Shown here in pieces: positions 7,836-16,900 of a DNA stretch of 22,583 bases (position 1 is its first letter; each line of letters opens with the position of its first letter). The stretch lies in NCBI GenBank assembly GCA_023417885.1, contig JAEZED010000140.1:1-22583 (forward strand), written 5' to 3'. A model generated the notes under the pieces. That model did no database searches. It was not told the origin of the DNA and saw nothing but the letters and a program-made list of their open reading frames with translations. Origin of the DNA: Planctomycetota bacterium. GTDB taxonomy: Bacteria; Planctomycetota; Phycisphaerae; Tepidisphaerales; Tepidisphaeraceae. Position numbers and translations under genes: made by a program.

Positions 7836-8054
7836 ATGGGGACCGGCCTGATCGCAGCCGAGCGGATTCGGATGCGGCGCGTGACGCGCCGGCGATGGAC
7901 GATCGGGCTGAGCCTGATGGTGCTGGCGGCGCTGACGGTTGCGGCCGGCGTCGTGATGGCGCTATTCGAGTTTTCGGAGGGCCAGCGGGCGATGGAGGTC
8001 GCAGGTAGCGGCGTGGCCCTCTGGTGGCTGGGCTTCTTCTGGTGCCGCGAGTGA
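7836..8054 (+). CDS. Possible small membrane protein (about 72 aa, or 61 aa from the internal ATG): basic N-terminus followed by two hydrophobic helices
   Basis: This is the 3' third of track ORF 7551..8054. Only this part has genome-typical codon usage (strong G/C third positions: ctg, gcg, gtg) and hydrophobic segments (IGLSLMVLAALTVAAGVVMALF and VALWWLGFFW). The upstream two-thirds is R-rich nonsense. There is no clear RBS and the start is uncertain. Confidence 0.3.
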   Translation: MGTGLIAAERIRMRRVTRRRWTIGLSLMVLAALTVAAGVVMALFEFSEGQRAMEVAGSGVALWWLGFFWCRE

Positions 8055-8067
8055 GCGTTGCGCAGGG

Positions 8068-8451
8068 TCAGGCGTATCCCAGTTCCTCGAGGTCGTCCTC
8101 GTCGAGGCCGAAATGGTGGCCCAGCTCGTGGAGGAGGGTGATCCGCACCTGTTCCACGAGGTCCTCCCTGTCCTCGCTGGCGTCCTCGATGTCCTCCCTG
8201 AAGAGCGTGATCACGTCCGGGAGGCGGGCGTGATCCTCGATATGCCGGTCGGTCAGAGGAACGCCTTCGTAGAGGCCCAGGAGCAGCTCATCGTCCGCCA
8301 TCCCCAGCTCCCGGAGCTTGCGGCGGGAGGGGCGCGGCTCGATCCGGATCGGCACTTCCGCCTCGATCGTGGCGCGCCATCGCTCCGGCAGGCGAGAAAT
8401 TGCCTGGGCAACAAGGTCCGAGAACTCGACATCGGTCACGTCAAACGGCAT
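8068..8451 (-). CDS. Zincin_1-like (DUF1025) mini metallopeptidase family protein
   Basis: C-terminal TLLHELGHHFGLDEDDLEELGYA matches the HExxH-containing signature of small ~120-aa Zincin_1 proteins. The start is taken at the internal ATG (MPFDVTDVEF...), because the upstream part of the track ORF is R/P-rich with poor codon usage. Confidence 0.6.
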   Translation of the reverse strand: MPFDVTDVEFSDLVAQAISRLPERWRATIEAEVPIRIEPRPSRRKLRELGMADDELLLGLYEGVPLTDRHIEDHARLPDVITLFREDIEDASEDREDLVEQVRITLLHELGHHFGLDEDDLEELGYA

Positions 8452-8552
8452 GATGCACCGCACATCGTAGTTCGAAGACCCCACCGGCCGCGCCCCACGC
8501 GACGGCCGCGACGCCCCGGAACGGATTCCCGGGCAGAAACGAGGCCGGCCCC

Positions 8553-9566
8553 ATGCCAAAGCCGCTTGCACTTTCAGGGATGATGTTTCTCGTGCTGGGT
8601 CTGCTCAGCGGATGCTCCATCCCCAGCTTTCTCATCACGCCCGTCTCCAGCAGCCCCGAGCTGAAGGAGACGGTCGTCGCCGACGGCACGCGCAAGCACA
8701 AGATCGCCATCATCCCCGTCGAGGGGATGCTCATGAACACCCGCATGGGCTCGGGCGGAATTCTCGGCGCCGAGGAAAACAAGGTCAGCCTCTTCAAGCA
8801 GCAACTCGACGCCGCGGCCGCGGATGATCGCGTCGAAGCGGTCATCCTCCGCATCAACAGCCCGGGCGGCACCGTCGCGGCAAGCGACCTGATGTACGAG
8901 CTGGTGCGCGACTTCAAGCAGAAGACGGGCAAGCCCGTCGTTGCCACCTGCCAGGACGTCTGCGCCAGCGGCGGCTACTACATCGCCAGCGCCGCCGACG
9001 AGATCCATGTCCTTCCCACGAGCGTGGTCGGGAGCATCGGGGTGATCTTCGAGACATTCGACATCTCCCCCCTTCTCGACAAGATCGGGGTCCGGATCAC
9101 GCCGCTCCAGAGCGGGCGGTACAAGGACTTGGGCAGCCCGTTCAACGGCCTGTCGGACGACGAGCGGGAGATCATGCAGGGGATGGTGGACGAGTTCTAC
9201 GCCCGTTTTGTGGGAGTGGTCCGTGACTCGCGCCAGGTGCGCGACGAGGAGATCGCCTTCGACGGGCGGGTCTTTACCGGACAGCAGGCCTACGAGCAGA
9301 ACCTCGTGGACGCCGTCTGCCAGCTTCCCGAAACGATCGCCCGCGTGAAGGGGATGATCGGGGAGCGGGATGCCCGGGTGGTGATGTATCGCCGGCCGTA
9401 TGGATACACCGGCAGCATTTACGCCAGAAGCGGCGACCTGTCGCCGCGCGCGTCCGAGTCAGCGGCTGGCGCGGATGACCCTTCAGCATGGGTATCGCGC
9501 CTGCCGATGGTAAATCAGGTGAGCCAGGCCCTGGAGCCGGGCTTTTACTACCTGTGGATGCCGTAG
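8553..9566 (+). CDS. sppA: Signal peptide peptidase SppA (36K type), predicted lipoprotein
   Basis: Lipobox LLSGC. ClpP/crotonase-fold motifs of SppA are present: IAIIPVEGML, RINSPGGTVAAS, the catalytic Ser context CASGGYYIASAADEI, and a Lys in PLQSGRYKDLGSP. ACGAGG lies 9 nt upstream of the ATG. Confidence 0.85.
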   Translation: MPKPLALSGMMFLVLGLLSGCSIPSFLITPVSSSPELKETVVADGTRKHKIAIIPVEGMLMNTRMGSGGILGAEENKVSLFKQQLDAAAADDRVEAVILRINSPGGTVAASDLMYELVRDFKQKTGKPVVATCQDVCASGGYYIASAADEIHVLPTSVVGSIGVIFETFDISPLLDKIGVRITPLQSGRYKDLGSPFNGLSDDEREIMQGMVDEFYARFVGVVRDSRQVRDEEIAFDGRVFTGQQAYEQNLVDAVCQLPETIARVKGMIGERDARVVMYRRPYGYTGSIYARSGDLSPRASESAAGADDPSAWVSRLPMVNQVSQALEPGFYYLWMP

Positions 9567-9590
9567 CCCGAAGCCGAGGAGGATACCGGC

Positions 9591-10007
9591 ATGATCGCGT
9601 TGCGGTGCAACAGCTGCGGGCAGGAACAGGAACTGGATGACGCGTTCATCGGCAGCGTGTGCCGTTGCCGCGCGTGCGCCGCCATCCAGGCCGTTCCGGA
9701 ACTCCCCGCCCCACTCGATTCTTCAGCAAGACTTCCCGCACCGGTGATGGAAGGGACGCTGCTTTACTGTCCCGCCCCGGCCGGCGAGCGAAGCAACCGC
9801 CCCAGGACCTGCGCCCTTCCCCAGCGCAAGGCTCCGGCGTCGGCCGACCGGACACTCATCATGGCGATCGGCCTGGCTGCCGCGCTGGCGCTGGGCGCCG
9901 CCGGCGCCGCCATCGCCGTCATCGTCGCCGCCGAAAGGCCGATGGTGCCCGAGTCGCCGCCGCATGTGGCGGTGGATGTCCTGGCCCGATCGATCGACGG
10001 GCCGTAA
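9591..10007 (+). CDS. Hypothetical zinc-ribbon protein with a C-terminal transmembrane helix
   Basis: N-terminal CxxC...CxxC pattern (CNSCGQEQELDDAFIGSVCRCRAC), a Pro-rich linker, then the hydrophobic helix IMAIGLAAALALGAAGAAIAVIVAA. A strong RBS, GAGGAGGA, sits 8 nt upstream of the ATG. Confidence 0.5.
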   Translation: MIALRCNSCGQEQELDDAFIGSVCRCRACAAIQAVPELPAPLDSSARLPAPVMEGTLLYCPAPAGERSNRPRTCALPQRKAPASADRTLIMAIGLAAALALGAAGAAIAVIVAAERPMVPESPPHVAVDVLARSIDGP

Positions 10008-10168
10008 CACGACACTTCCAAAAGCAGGCGCGGTTTGGCCGCGAATGCGGGCGCCGGTAACATCCGCCCGCTGCCGGCGGGCAGGCCGTGCCTCTTCTTT
10101 CTGCACCTCTCACCTCTTTGTCGTCGCCACGGAAGGTTTGCCTCGTGCCCAAGGTCGCATCGCGTGCC

Positions 10169-10837
10169 ATGCCCCGTTCCACCGCCAAGCGCGTGACGCG
10201 ATCGACCCGGGCCAAGCGCCCCGCCTCGCGCGGCGGCAAGGGACAGCGCTCGCCGGCCGCGGGCCTGCCGCGCGGCGTGATCGTCGGTGGAGCGCTGCTG
10301 GCGGCCCTGGGGGTGACGTGCATCCTGCTGGCGATCCTCTCTCCCTCGCCGCTGACGCCCGACGTCACGGCCCGCCTCTTCGTCACGAGCACCGGCGTCG
10401 AGCCGCTGGAGTCGGTGGTCGCCCCGGCTGCCCCCGGCCGCTGGGACACGATCTACATCCACCACAGCAAGACGCCCGGCGGGGACACCTCGACGCTTGC
10501 CGACCTTGCCCGGGCGCGTGGAATCGTCGGCCCGCCGGACCACTTCGTGATCGGCAACGGGGACGGGATGGGGGATGGGGAGGTGCAGGTGACGAGCCGG
10601 TGGAGCGAGCAGTCCCCCGCCGCCTCGCCGGCCCCGGGGGCGCGGATCGAGCCGGGGTGCATCAGCATCTGCCTGATCGGCGATTTTGACCGGATGCGGC
10701 CGACGGAGGCGCAGCGGGCGTCGCTGGCGCGGCTCCTGGGCGTGCTGGAGGATCGCCTGCAACTGGGGGCGGACCGGGTGCTGCAATTGTCACAGGAAGG
10801 ATCGGCGGCCGGGGTCGGTCGGCATTTTGTCCGATGA
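10169..10837 (+). CDS. N-acetylmuramoyl-L-alanine amidase (Amidase_2/PGRP-like) domain protein with a basic N-terminal tail and TM anchor
   Basis: WDTIYIHHSKTP...HFVIGNGDGMGDGEVQVTSRW...CISICLIGDF...PTEAQRASLARLLGVLEDRLQL follows the Amidase_2 pattern (IxIHHT ... HFxI ... GIxLxG ... Q...L). The track ORF begins at 10088, but its first 27 codons have atypically low GC3, so the start is more likely ATG ~10169 or GTG ~10145, the latter preceded by GGAAGG. Confidence 0.5.
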   Translation: MPRSTAKRVTRSTRAKRPASRGGKGQRSPAAGLPRGVIVGGALLAALGVTCILLAILSPSPLTPDVTARLFVTSTGVEPLESVVAPAAPGRWDTIYIHHSKTPGGDTSTLADLARARGIVGPPDHFVIGNGDGMGDGEVQVTSRWSEQSPAASPAPGARIEPGCISICLIGDFDRMRPTEAQRASLARLLGVLEDRLQLGADRVLQLSQEGSAAGVGRHFVR

Positions 10838-11159
10838 AGGAATGGTGATCGGTAAGTCCCGGGTTGGCCGGGGCATGAGGCGCGCGGACGAAATGCGTCG
10901 CCGGCGGCGTTTTGGTGACGGGGGGAGCAGGACGTCCCGTAGAATGCGAAGCGGGCATGCACCGCAGGGTGGTGTGTTGGCGCAGCGCGAGTGGGTGAAT
11001 GTGCGTAAGGGGTGCGCTAAGCTACGCTACTCGGGTCGGCACCGTGTTGCCGTCGGCCGGGACGGAGGGCTCGGCCGGGGAGGAAGAGGGTCTGTCGCCG
11101 ACAGCCCGCGCGGCCCAGATTGGTGCCGGATACCGCAGCAGATTTAGCGTCATACGTTC

Positions 11160-11987
11160 ATGCCTGAACAACTGCTCCACTACAAGATCCTTGACGTCCT
11201 GGGGAAAGGTGCCGCCAGCACCATCTATCGTGCGCAGGATCTGAACACCGGGCGCGTCGTCGCGCTGAAGCACGTCACCCGGGTGAAGCAGAAGGACATT
11301 CGCTACATCGAGCAGATGGAGACCGAGTACGAGGTCTCCAAGTCGTTCACGCACCCGAACTTGCGCCGGGCGCTGATGCTCCGCATCAACAAGACCCTCC
11401 TGATGAAGGTCACCGAGGCGATCCTCGCCCTCGAGTACGTCGATGCCAAGCCGCTCGAGCGCGCCCTACCGCCCGACCTGAACGACGTGCTGGACATCTT
11501 CCTCCAGGCAGCCCTCGGGCTTCAGGCGATGCACCGCATGGGCTACGCCCACTGCGACATCAAGCCCAGCAACCTCCTGGTCGACGGGCAGATGCAGGTC
11601 AAGGTGATCGACTTCGGCCAGGCCTGCCGGATCGGAACCGTCAAGGAGCGCATCCAGGGCACGCCCGACTACATCGCCCCCGAGCAGGTCACCCGCCAGC
11701 CCGTCACCGAGGCGACTGACGTTTTTAATCTCGGCGCCACCCTCTACTGGGCCAGCACCGGCAAGCACATCCCCACCGCCTATCACGCCAAGCGGAAGGG
11801 GGAGAACAGCTTCCTCGTCGACAGCCTCTTCAAGACGCCGCGCGACCTGAACCCGGAGGTGCCGCTTCCGGTCAGCGAGGCGATCATGCAGTCGGTCGCC
11901 ACCAGTCCCAAGCACCGCCCCCAGACGATGGACGAGTTCATCCGCAAGCTCGAGCTCGGAAGGCACGTGCTCAAGGCCGCCCACTGA
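11160..11987 (+). CDS. Stand-alone Ser/Thr protein kinase (Hanks-type catalytic domain only)
   Basis: Glycine loop LGKGAASTIY, VALKHV (VAIK), catalytic loop HCDIKPSNLL, DFG as IDFGQA, APE as YIAPEQV. 275 aa, with no TM or sensor domains. Confidence 0.85.
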   Translation: MPEQLLHYKILDVLGKGAASTIYRAQDLNTGRVVALKHVTRVKQKDIRYIEQMETEYEVSKSFTHPNLRRALMLRINKTLLMKVTEAILALEYVDAKPLERALPPDLNDVLDIFLQAALGLQAMHRMGYAHCDIKPSNLLVDGQMQVKVIDFGQACRIGTVKERIQGTPDYIAPEQVTRQPVTEATDVFNLGATLYWASTGKHIPTAYHAKRKGENSFLVDSLFKTPRDLNPEVPLPVSEAIMQSVATSPKHRPQTMDEFIRKLELGRHVLKAAH

Positions 11988-12031
11988 CAGACATCCGCGC
12001 GGCGGAGCTTTTCCGTCGTCGTTCGCACAGA

Positions 12032-12063
12032 AGCCGGGGCCACGCGCCCCGGCTTTTCATTTT
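12032..12063 (+). terminator. Rho-independent terminator downstream of the kinase gene
   Basis: AGCCGGGGC-cacgc-GCCCCGGCT gives a perfect 9-bp GC-rich stem with a 5-nt loop, followed by TTTTCATTTT. It lies 45 nt after the kinase stop. Confidence 0.55.
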
Positions 12064-12108
12064 CGTCGCACCTCCGCGGGGCGCGGCGGACTCCTAGCAT
12101 GCCGCGCG

Positions 12109-13329
12109 ATGGCAGAATCACCCAGGAAGATCATCCTTGCCTACTCCGGCGGCCTCGACACCAGCGTCATCCTCCCATGGCTCAAGGAGCGATACCCGGG
12201 CGTGAAGCTCGTGGCCTTCGCCTGCGAACTGGGCCAGGGCAGCGAGCTGGCAGGCGTCGAGGAAAAGGCCAGGAAGAGCGGCGCCGACGAGGTGATCGTC
12301 GCAGACCTCCGCCGGGAGTTCGCAGAGCAGTATTGCTTCCCGATGCTTCGCGCCCACGCGATTTATGAGCGTGACTACCTGCTCGGCACGAGCATCGCGC
12401 GCCCGCTGATCGCCAAGGCGCAGGTCGAGGCGGCTCGGCAGACCGGCGCGGACGCCGTCGCCCACGGCGCCACCGGCAAGGGAAACGACCAGGTGCGCTT
12501 CGAGCTGACCTACATGGCCCTGGCGCCGGACCTGAAGATCATCAGCCCCTGGAAGATGGCCGACTTCGAGCTGCGCGACCGCGAATCCGCCGTCGAGTAT
12601 GCCCAGAAGCACGGCATCCCGATCGCCCAGACGAAGGAGAAGATCTACTCCCAGGACCGCAACCTCTGGCACATCAGCCACGAGGGGGCGGAGATCGAGC
12701 ATCCGGACCAGGAGCCGGCGTGGGATCGCTGCCTGACGATGAGCGTTCCACCGGAGCAGGCGCCCGACGAGCCGGAGACCGTGACAATCCAGTTCGAGCA
12801 GGGCAACCCGCGCGCCGTCAACGGGGCCGCGCTGGATGGCGATGCCCTGATCGCGCGCCTCAACGAGATCGGCGGCCGGCACGGCGTGGGCGTCACCGTG
12901 CTCGTCGAGAACCGCCTCGTCGGCATGAAGAGCCGGGGCGTCTACGAGACGCCGGGCGGGACGATTCTCTACGCCGCCCACAACGCGCTCGAGCAGCTCA
13001 CCCTCGAGCGCGACCTGTTCCACTTCAAGGAGCAGATGGCGCTGCGCTACGCGGAGCTGGTCTACTACGGGCAGTGGTTCCACCCGCTGCGCCAGAGCAT
13101 GCAGGCGTTCATCGACCACGCCAGCCGCAGCGTGACGGGCGAGGTGACGGTCAAGCTCTTCAAGGGCCGCGCCACCGCCGTCAGTGCGACCAGCCCCAAC
13201 AGCCTCTACGACCCAGGCCTGGCCAGCTTCAGCATGGAGGGCTACGACGTGACAGCGGCCCGCGGCTTCATCGACTGCTTCGGCCTCCCGATGAAAGTTG
13301 CCGGCCTGCGCGAGCGACAGCCGCGGTGA
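12109..13329 (+). CDS. argG: Argininosuccinate synthase
   Basis: N-terminal PP-loop IILAYSGGLDTSVIL and conserved blocks (AHGATGKGNDQVRFE, NLWHISHEG, ENRLVGMKSRGVYETPGGTIL). 406 aa is the typical length. Confidence 0.95.
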   Translation: MAESPRKIILAYSGGLDTSVILPWLKERYPGVKLVAFACELGQGSELAGVEEKARKSGADEVIVADLRREFAEQYCFPMLRAHAIYERDYLLGTSIARPLIAKAQVEAARQTGADAVAHGATGKGNDQVRFELTYMALAPDLKIISPWKMADFELRDRESAVEYAQKHGIPIAQTKEKIYSQDRNLWHISHEGAEIEHPDQEPAWDRCLTMSVPPEQAPDEPETVTIQFEQGNPRAVNGAALDGDALIARLNEIGGRHGVGVTVLVENRLVGMKSRGVYETPGGTILYAAHNALEQLTLERDLFHFKEQMALRYAELVYYGQWFHPLRQSMQAFIDHASRSVTGEVTVKLFKGRATAVSATSPNSLYDPGLASFSMEGYDVTAARGFIDCFGLPMKVAGLRERQPR

Positions 13330-13390
13330 CCGCCGAAATGTCGCAAGCACCGGCGGTGCAGGCGGCATGCGCCTTGCCCCACTGTGACGC

Positions 13391-13906
13391 ATGAGTGCGA
13401 CTGATGTGGCCAACGTCGAGGTGGAGGCGATCAACCTGCCGCCGGGCGAGGATGTGCCGAATCATCCGCGCTGGCCGTTGCTGCTGTACCGGCAGGCCGT
13501 CCCGCACAACGCCGGCGAGGTGGAGCGGCTGATCGAGTCCAACAAATGGGCCGGCGTCTGGCGCAACGGCGTTCATTCCTATCACCACTTCCACACCACC
13601 GCGCATGAGGTGCTGGCGGTCGTGGCCGGACGGGCGACGTTGCAGTTCGGCGGGGAGAACGGGCAAGCGGTCGCCCTCTCGGCTGGTGACGTTGCGATTC
13701 TTCCTGCGGGTACCGGTCACAAGCGCCTCGACGCGAGCAACGACTTTCTCCTCGTCGGTGCATACCCGCAGGGGCAGGAGGATTACGACCTCCAGCGCGC
13801 GCCACCCGGTGACGCCCAGCGCAAGCGCGTGGCGCGGACGCCTCGCCCCGCCGCCGATCCGATCTTCGGCGCTCGCGGCCCGCTCATGCAACGCTGGGCC
13901 GAGTGA
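13391..13906 (+). CDS. Cupin-fold protein, YjlB-like family
   Basis: PNHPRWPLLLYRQAV near the N-terminus and a His-rich cupin core (VHSYHHFHTTAHEVLAVVAGRATLQFGG...GDVAILPAGTGH). Confidence 0.65.
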   Translation: MSATDVANVEVEAINLPPGEDVPNHPRWPLLLYRQAVPHNAGEVERLIESNKWAGVWRNGVHSYHHFHTTAHEVLAVVAGRATLQFGGENGQAVALSAGDVAILPAGTGHKRLDASNDFLLVGAYPQGQEDYDLQRAPPGDAQRKRVARTPRPAADPIFGARGPLMQRWAE

Positions 13907-13958
13907 TCAGCGGTGGTCGTCACCACCGCGTCATCGCCACCCACGGCATCAGCCTGCC

Positions 13959-16900
13959 CTACCGCCGACGACGCATGCACAGCAGACCCGCGAGCGGCGC
14001 CAGAAGCAGCGATCCCGGCTCCGGCACCGCCGACACGCTCAGGCGATACACCTCGTTGCCCATGTCGTCGAACGCGATCCCGTAGCTGTAGATCGCGGCG
14101 TCCGGCAGGCCGAGCACCATCACGTTATCGAACGCCCCGCCGATGCCGTCGGGCTGATCCGTGCGGATCAGGTCGAAGACGTCGCCCGCCGTCGGGAGGA
14201 ACGTGAACTCAGCGACCAGCATCCCCCCGCCGATTGCTGCGGCATGGGCGTCGATCGCGCTGTACAGCCCGGGTTGCGGGTTTCCGTCCGTGCGATCCGG
14301 GCCGGCGATCTCGAAGATCAGCTCCCCGCCGGCGCCGATCACGAGGCTTGCCTGCGTGATCGCGAGGGCGTTGCGCAGCTCGAGGCGGCCGCTCGCCAGC
14401 GGCGCGTCGAAGTGCGGCGCGATCGCGATGTCTCCTGTGGTGGTGAGCACACTTTCCGTCAACTCAACCGCAGCGATCGCCTCGCCCGCCGGATCGCCGG
14501 TGCCGTTCCAGCCGATGAGCGCCGTTCCGCCGACCGAGATGACGGACTGCTCCGCACGAACGAGGCCTTGGGCGCGGCTCCCGCCGCTGGAGAGCTCGCC
14601 CACGCGTAAGCCGTCGCTGACAAGGAAGGCATCGCGCAAGGTGAGGCTGCCGCTGGCCTGGCCGGCGACGGAGGAACGGCCCACGTTCACGGCGCCGGCG
14701 AAGGTGCTGAAGCCATCGTGGAGCGTGACCTCCCCCACCGCCTCGCCACCCGACGATTGGCCGACGCTGAGCCCGGTGTAGCCGTTGATGTCGCCGACGA
14801 CGCGAAGCTCGCCCTGCGCATCGCCGGCGCCTGTCGTGACGCCGACCGTGATGCCGGACAGGCCATTGCCACTGATCCCGCCGGAAGTCACCTCGAGCGC
14901 GCCTTGGGCCAGACCTGTCGCCTGCGGAAACGCGCTGGCGATCCGGATCGAGGAGAACCCGGTGATGCCGGCGCCGACCTCCACGCTACCAAGCGCCTGG
15001 CCGTTTGTGCTCCCACTGGATACCGTTCCGAGCAGTCCGATGCCGAGGCCGGGCCAGGTGCTGTTCGGCGTGGGCATCGCCGCCGTCAGCGCCCCCTGCA
15101 CCTCGACACGACCATCGACCGAGCCGGTCCCGACGAGCATCTCGCCCACCCGCAGGCCAACGACACTGCCGGCGCCGTCCACGGTGATCGAGTTGGCGGC
15201 AAGCCGACCGACGGCGGTTCCGTTATCCGAGAAGCCAACGTCGATGAGCGACGCCGTCACGTCCGCCTGCGTCAGGAACTGGCCAACTGCGCTGCCACCC
15301 GCGCTGTAGCCGACGCGGATGTTGCTGCCCGTCACGGTTCCACTCCCGGCGGTGAAGGAGCCCGTCGCCCCGCCGGCCGTGGAGAAGCCGATGTTGTGCG
15401 CGCCCGTGTGGCTGATATTGACGCTCCCGTTGACGATCACGGACCCGCTGGCGCCACCCGTCGACACGGCATAGCCGACGGTAAGGGGGCCATTCAGCAG
15501 GTCGAGCGAACCGTTCTCAAGCTCCACGCTGCCCGAGGCACTGCCCGCGGCGCTGCTGAAACCGACGCTTAACGACTGGTAACCGGTGAGGTCGCCCACC
15601 TGGATCCGGAGATCTCCATTCGTCGACGCGCCGCTCGTGGCGTAGCCGACCAGCGCGGATCCGGAGGTGCCGGGCGTCGCCGCGATGTCGCCGAAGCCGC
15701 TGATGAGCGTTCCCTGCGCGAAGCCCGAGTCCGCGTTGGCCGCGAAGCCGACCCGCAGGTTGGAGAATCCGATGATCCCTTCGGCGACGGTGAGAAGGCC
15801 CTCGGCGTCGCCGGAGGTGATCCCCTCCGACAGGCCGTTCATCGCGCCGACCTGGAGATAGGTGGAGGGCCCGGCGGGTGTCAGGTTGCGAACGGTGCCC
15901 GGAATGATCGCGTAACCGCTGGCTGAGCCGGCGCCGGCTTCGAGAACGCCCACGAACGTGTAGAGCCAGGGCGCTGCATCGCCGCCCGTGAGGGAACCGG
16001 CCAGGAACGTCCCGTCCGCGTTCCCACCCATGTAGGCGGTGCCGACGTAGAAGCCATCGAGGCCGGTGTAGGCATTGAGCGTCTCGTAACTGCCCGATGC
16101 GACGCCACCATTGAGCGCGCGCCCGACATACGCCCGGCTGAGCGCAACGTTCAGGCCCGGGCCGTCGGCGTTGACGGCTCCGCCGGCCACCCCGCCGGTC
16201 GAGTACCCGACGCGCACCTGGCCGCCATCGCCATAGTGGAGAGAGCCGCCTGCATTGATGTTGCCGGCAGCGACGCTCGTTTGATCCACCATGCCGACGG
16301 TGAGGCCCGACCCGGTGAGGGTGAGGTCACCGGCGACGTCCAGGCTTCCCTGCGCCGACGTCGTGCCGATGGCACTGCCGACCGTGAGGGAGCCGGCGGA
16401 GAGCGACCCGGTGGAGACGGTGAAGCTCCCGTCCGCGAAGGCACCCTGGCCCGGATTGTCCGGCGCCAGCGCTATGCCGATCGACAGGCCGCTCGTGAAG
16501 CTGGCGTTCCCGCCGTTGATTAGCACTGATCCCGTCGCCTGCGACGCGCCGTCGCGCGCAACGCCGACAGACGAGGTTCCGGCGTTCACCTCAAGATCTC
16601 CACCCGTGATCTGGAGCGAACCGTGGGTGCTGCCGCCCAGCGCGGAATAGCCGGCGACCAGCGTGTTGTTGGTGAAGACATCAAGGTTGTTCACCTGCAC
16701 GTGCCCCGTGGCGCCGGGCGGTTGGCTCCCATCCACGATCGCCACGCCCAAGTGGAGGAAGCCCGTCTGGATCGGCCCGCCGGTGTAGAGCGGACTGGTC
16801 GGATCGGCGATTGCCGTACCGCCGTTGTCGATGAAGACCGGGAAGTAGGGATAGGGCCCGCTCCCCGCCCAGTTGGCCGGGTCGAACCAGTCGCCGACGC

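Noticed and set aside
13915-13940. GGTGGT-cgtc-ACCACC hairpin between the convergent cupin and PEP-CTERM genes
   Set aside because: The stem is short and no U-run follows on either strand, so it is not a convincing intrinsic terminator.
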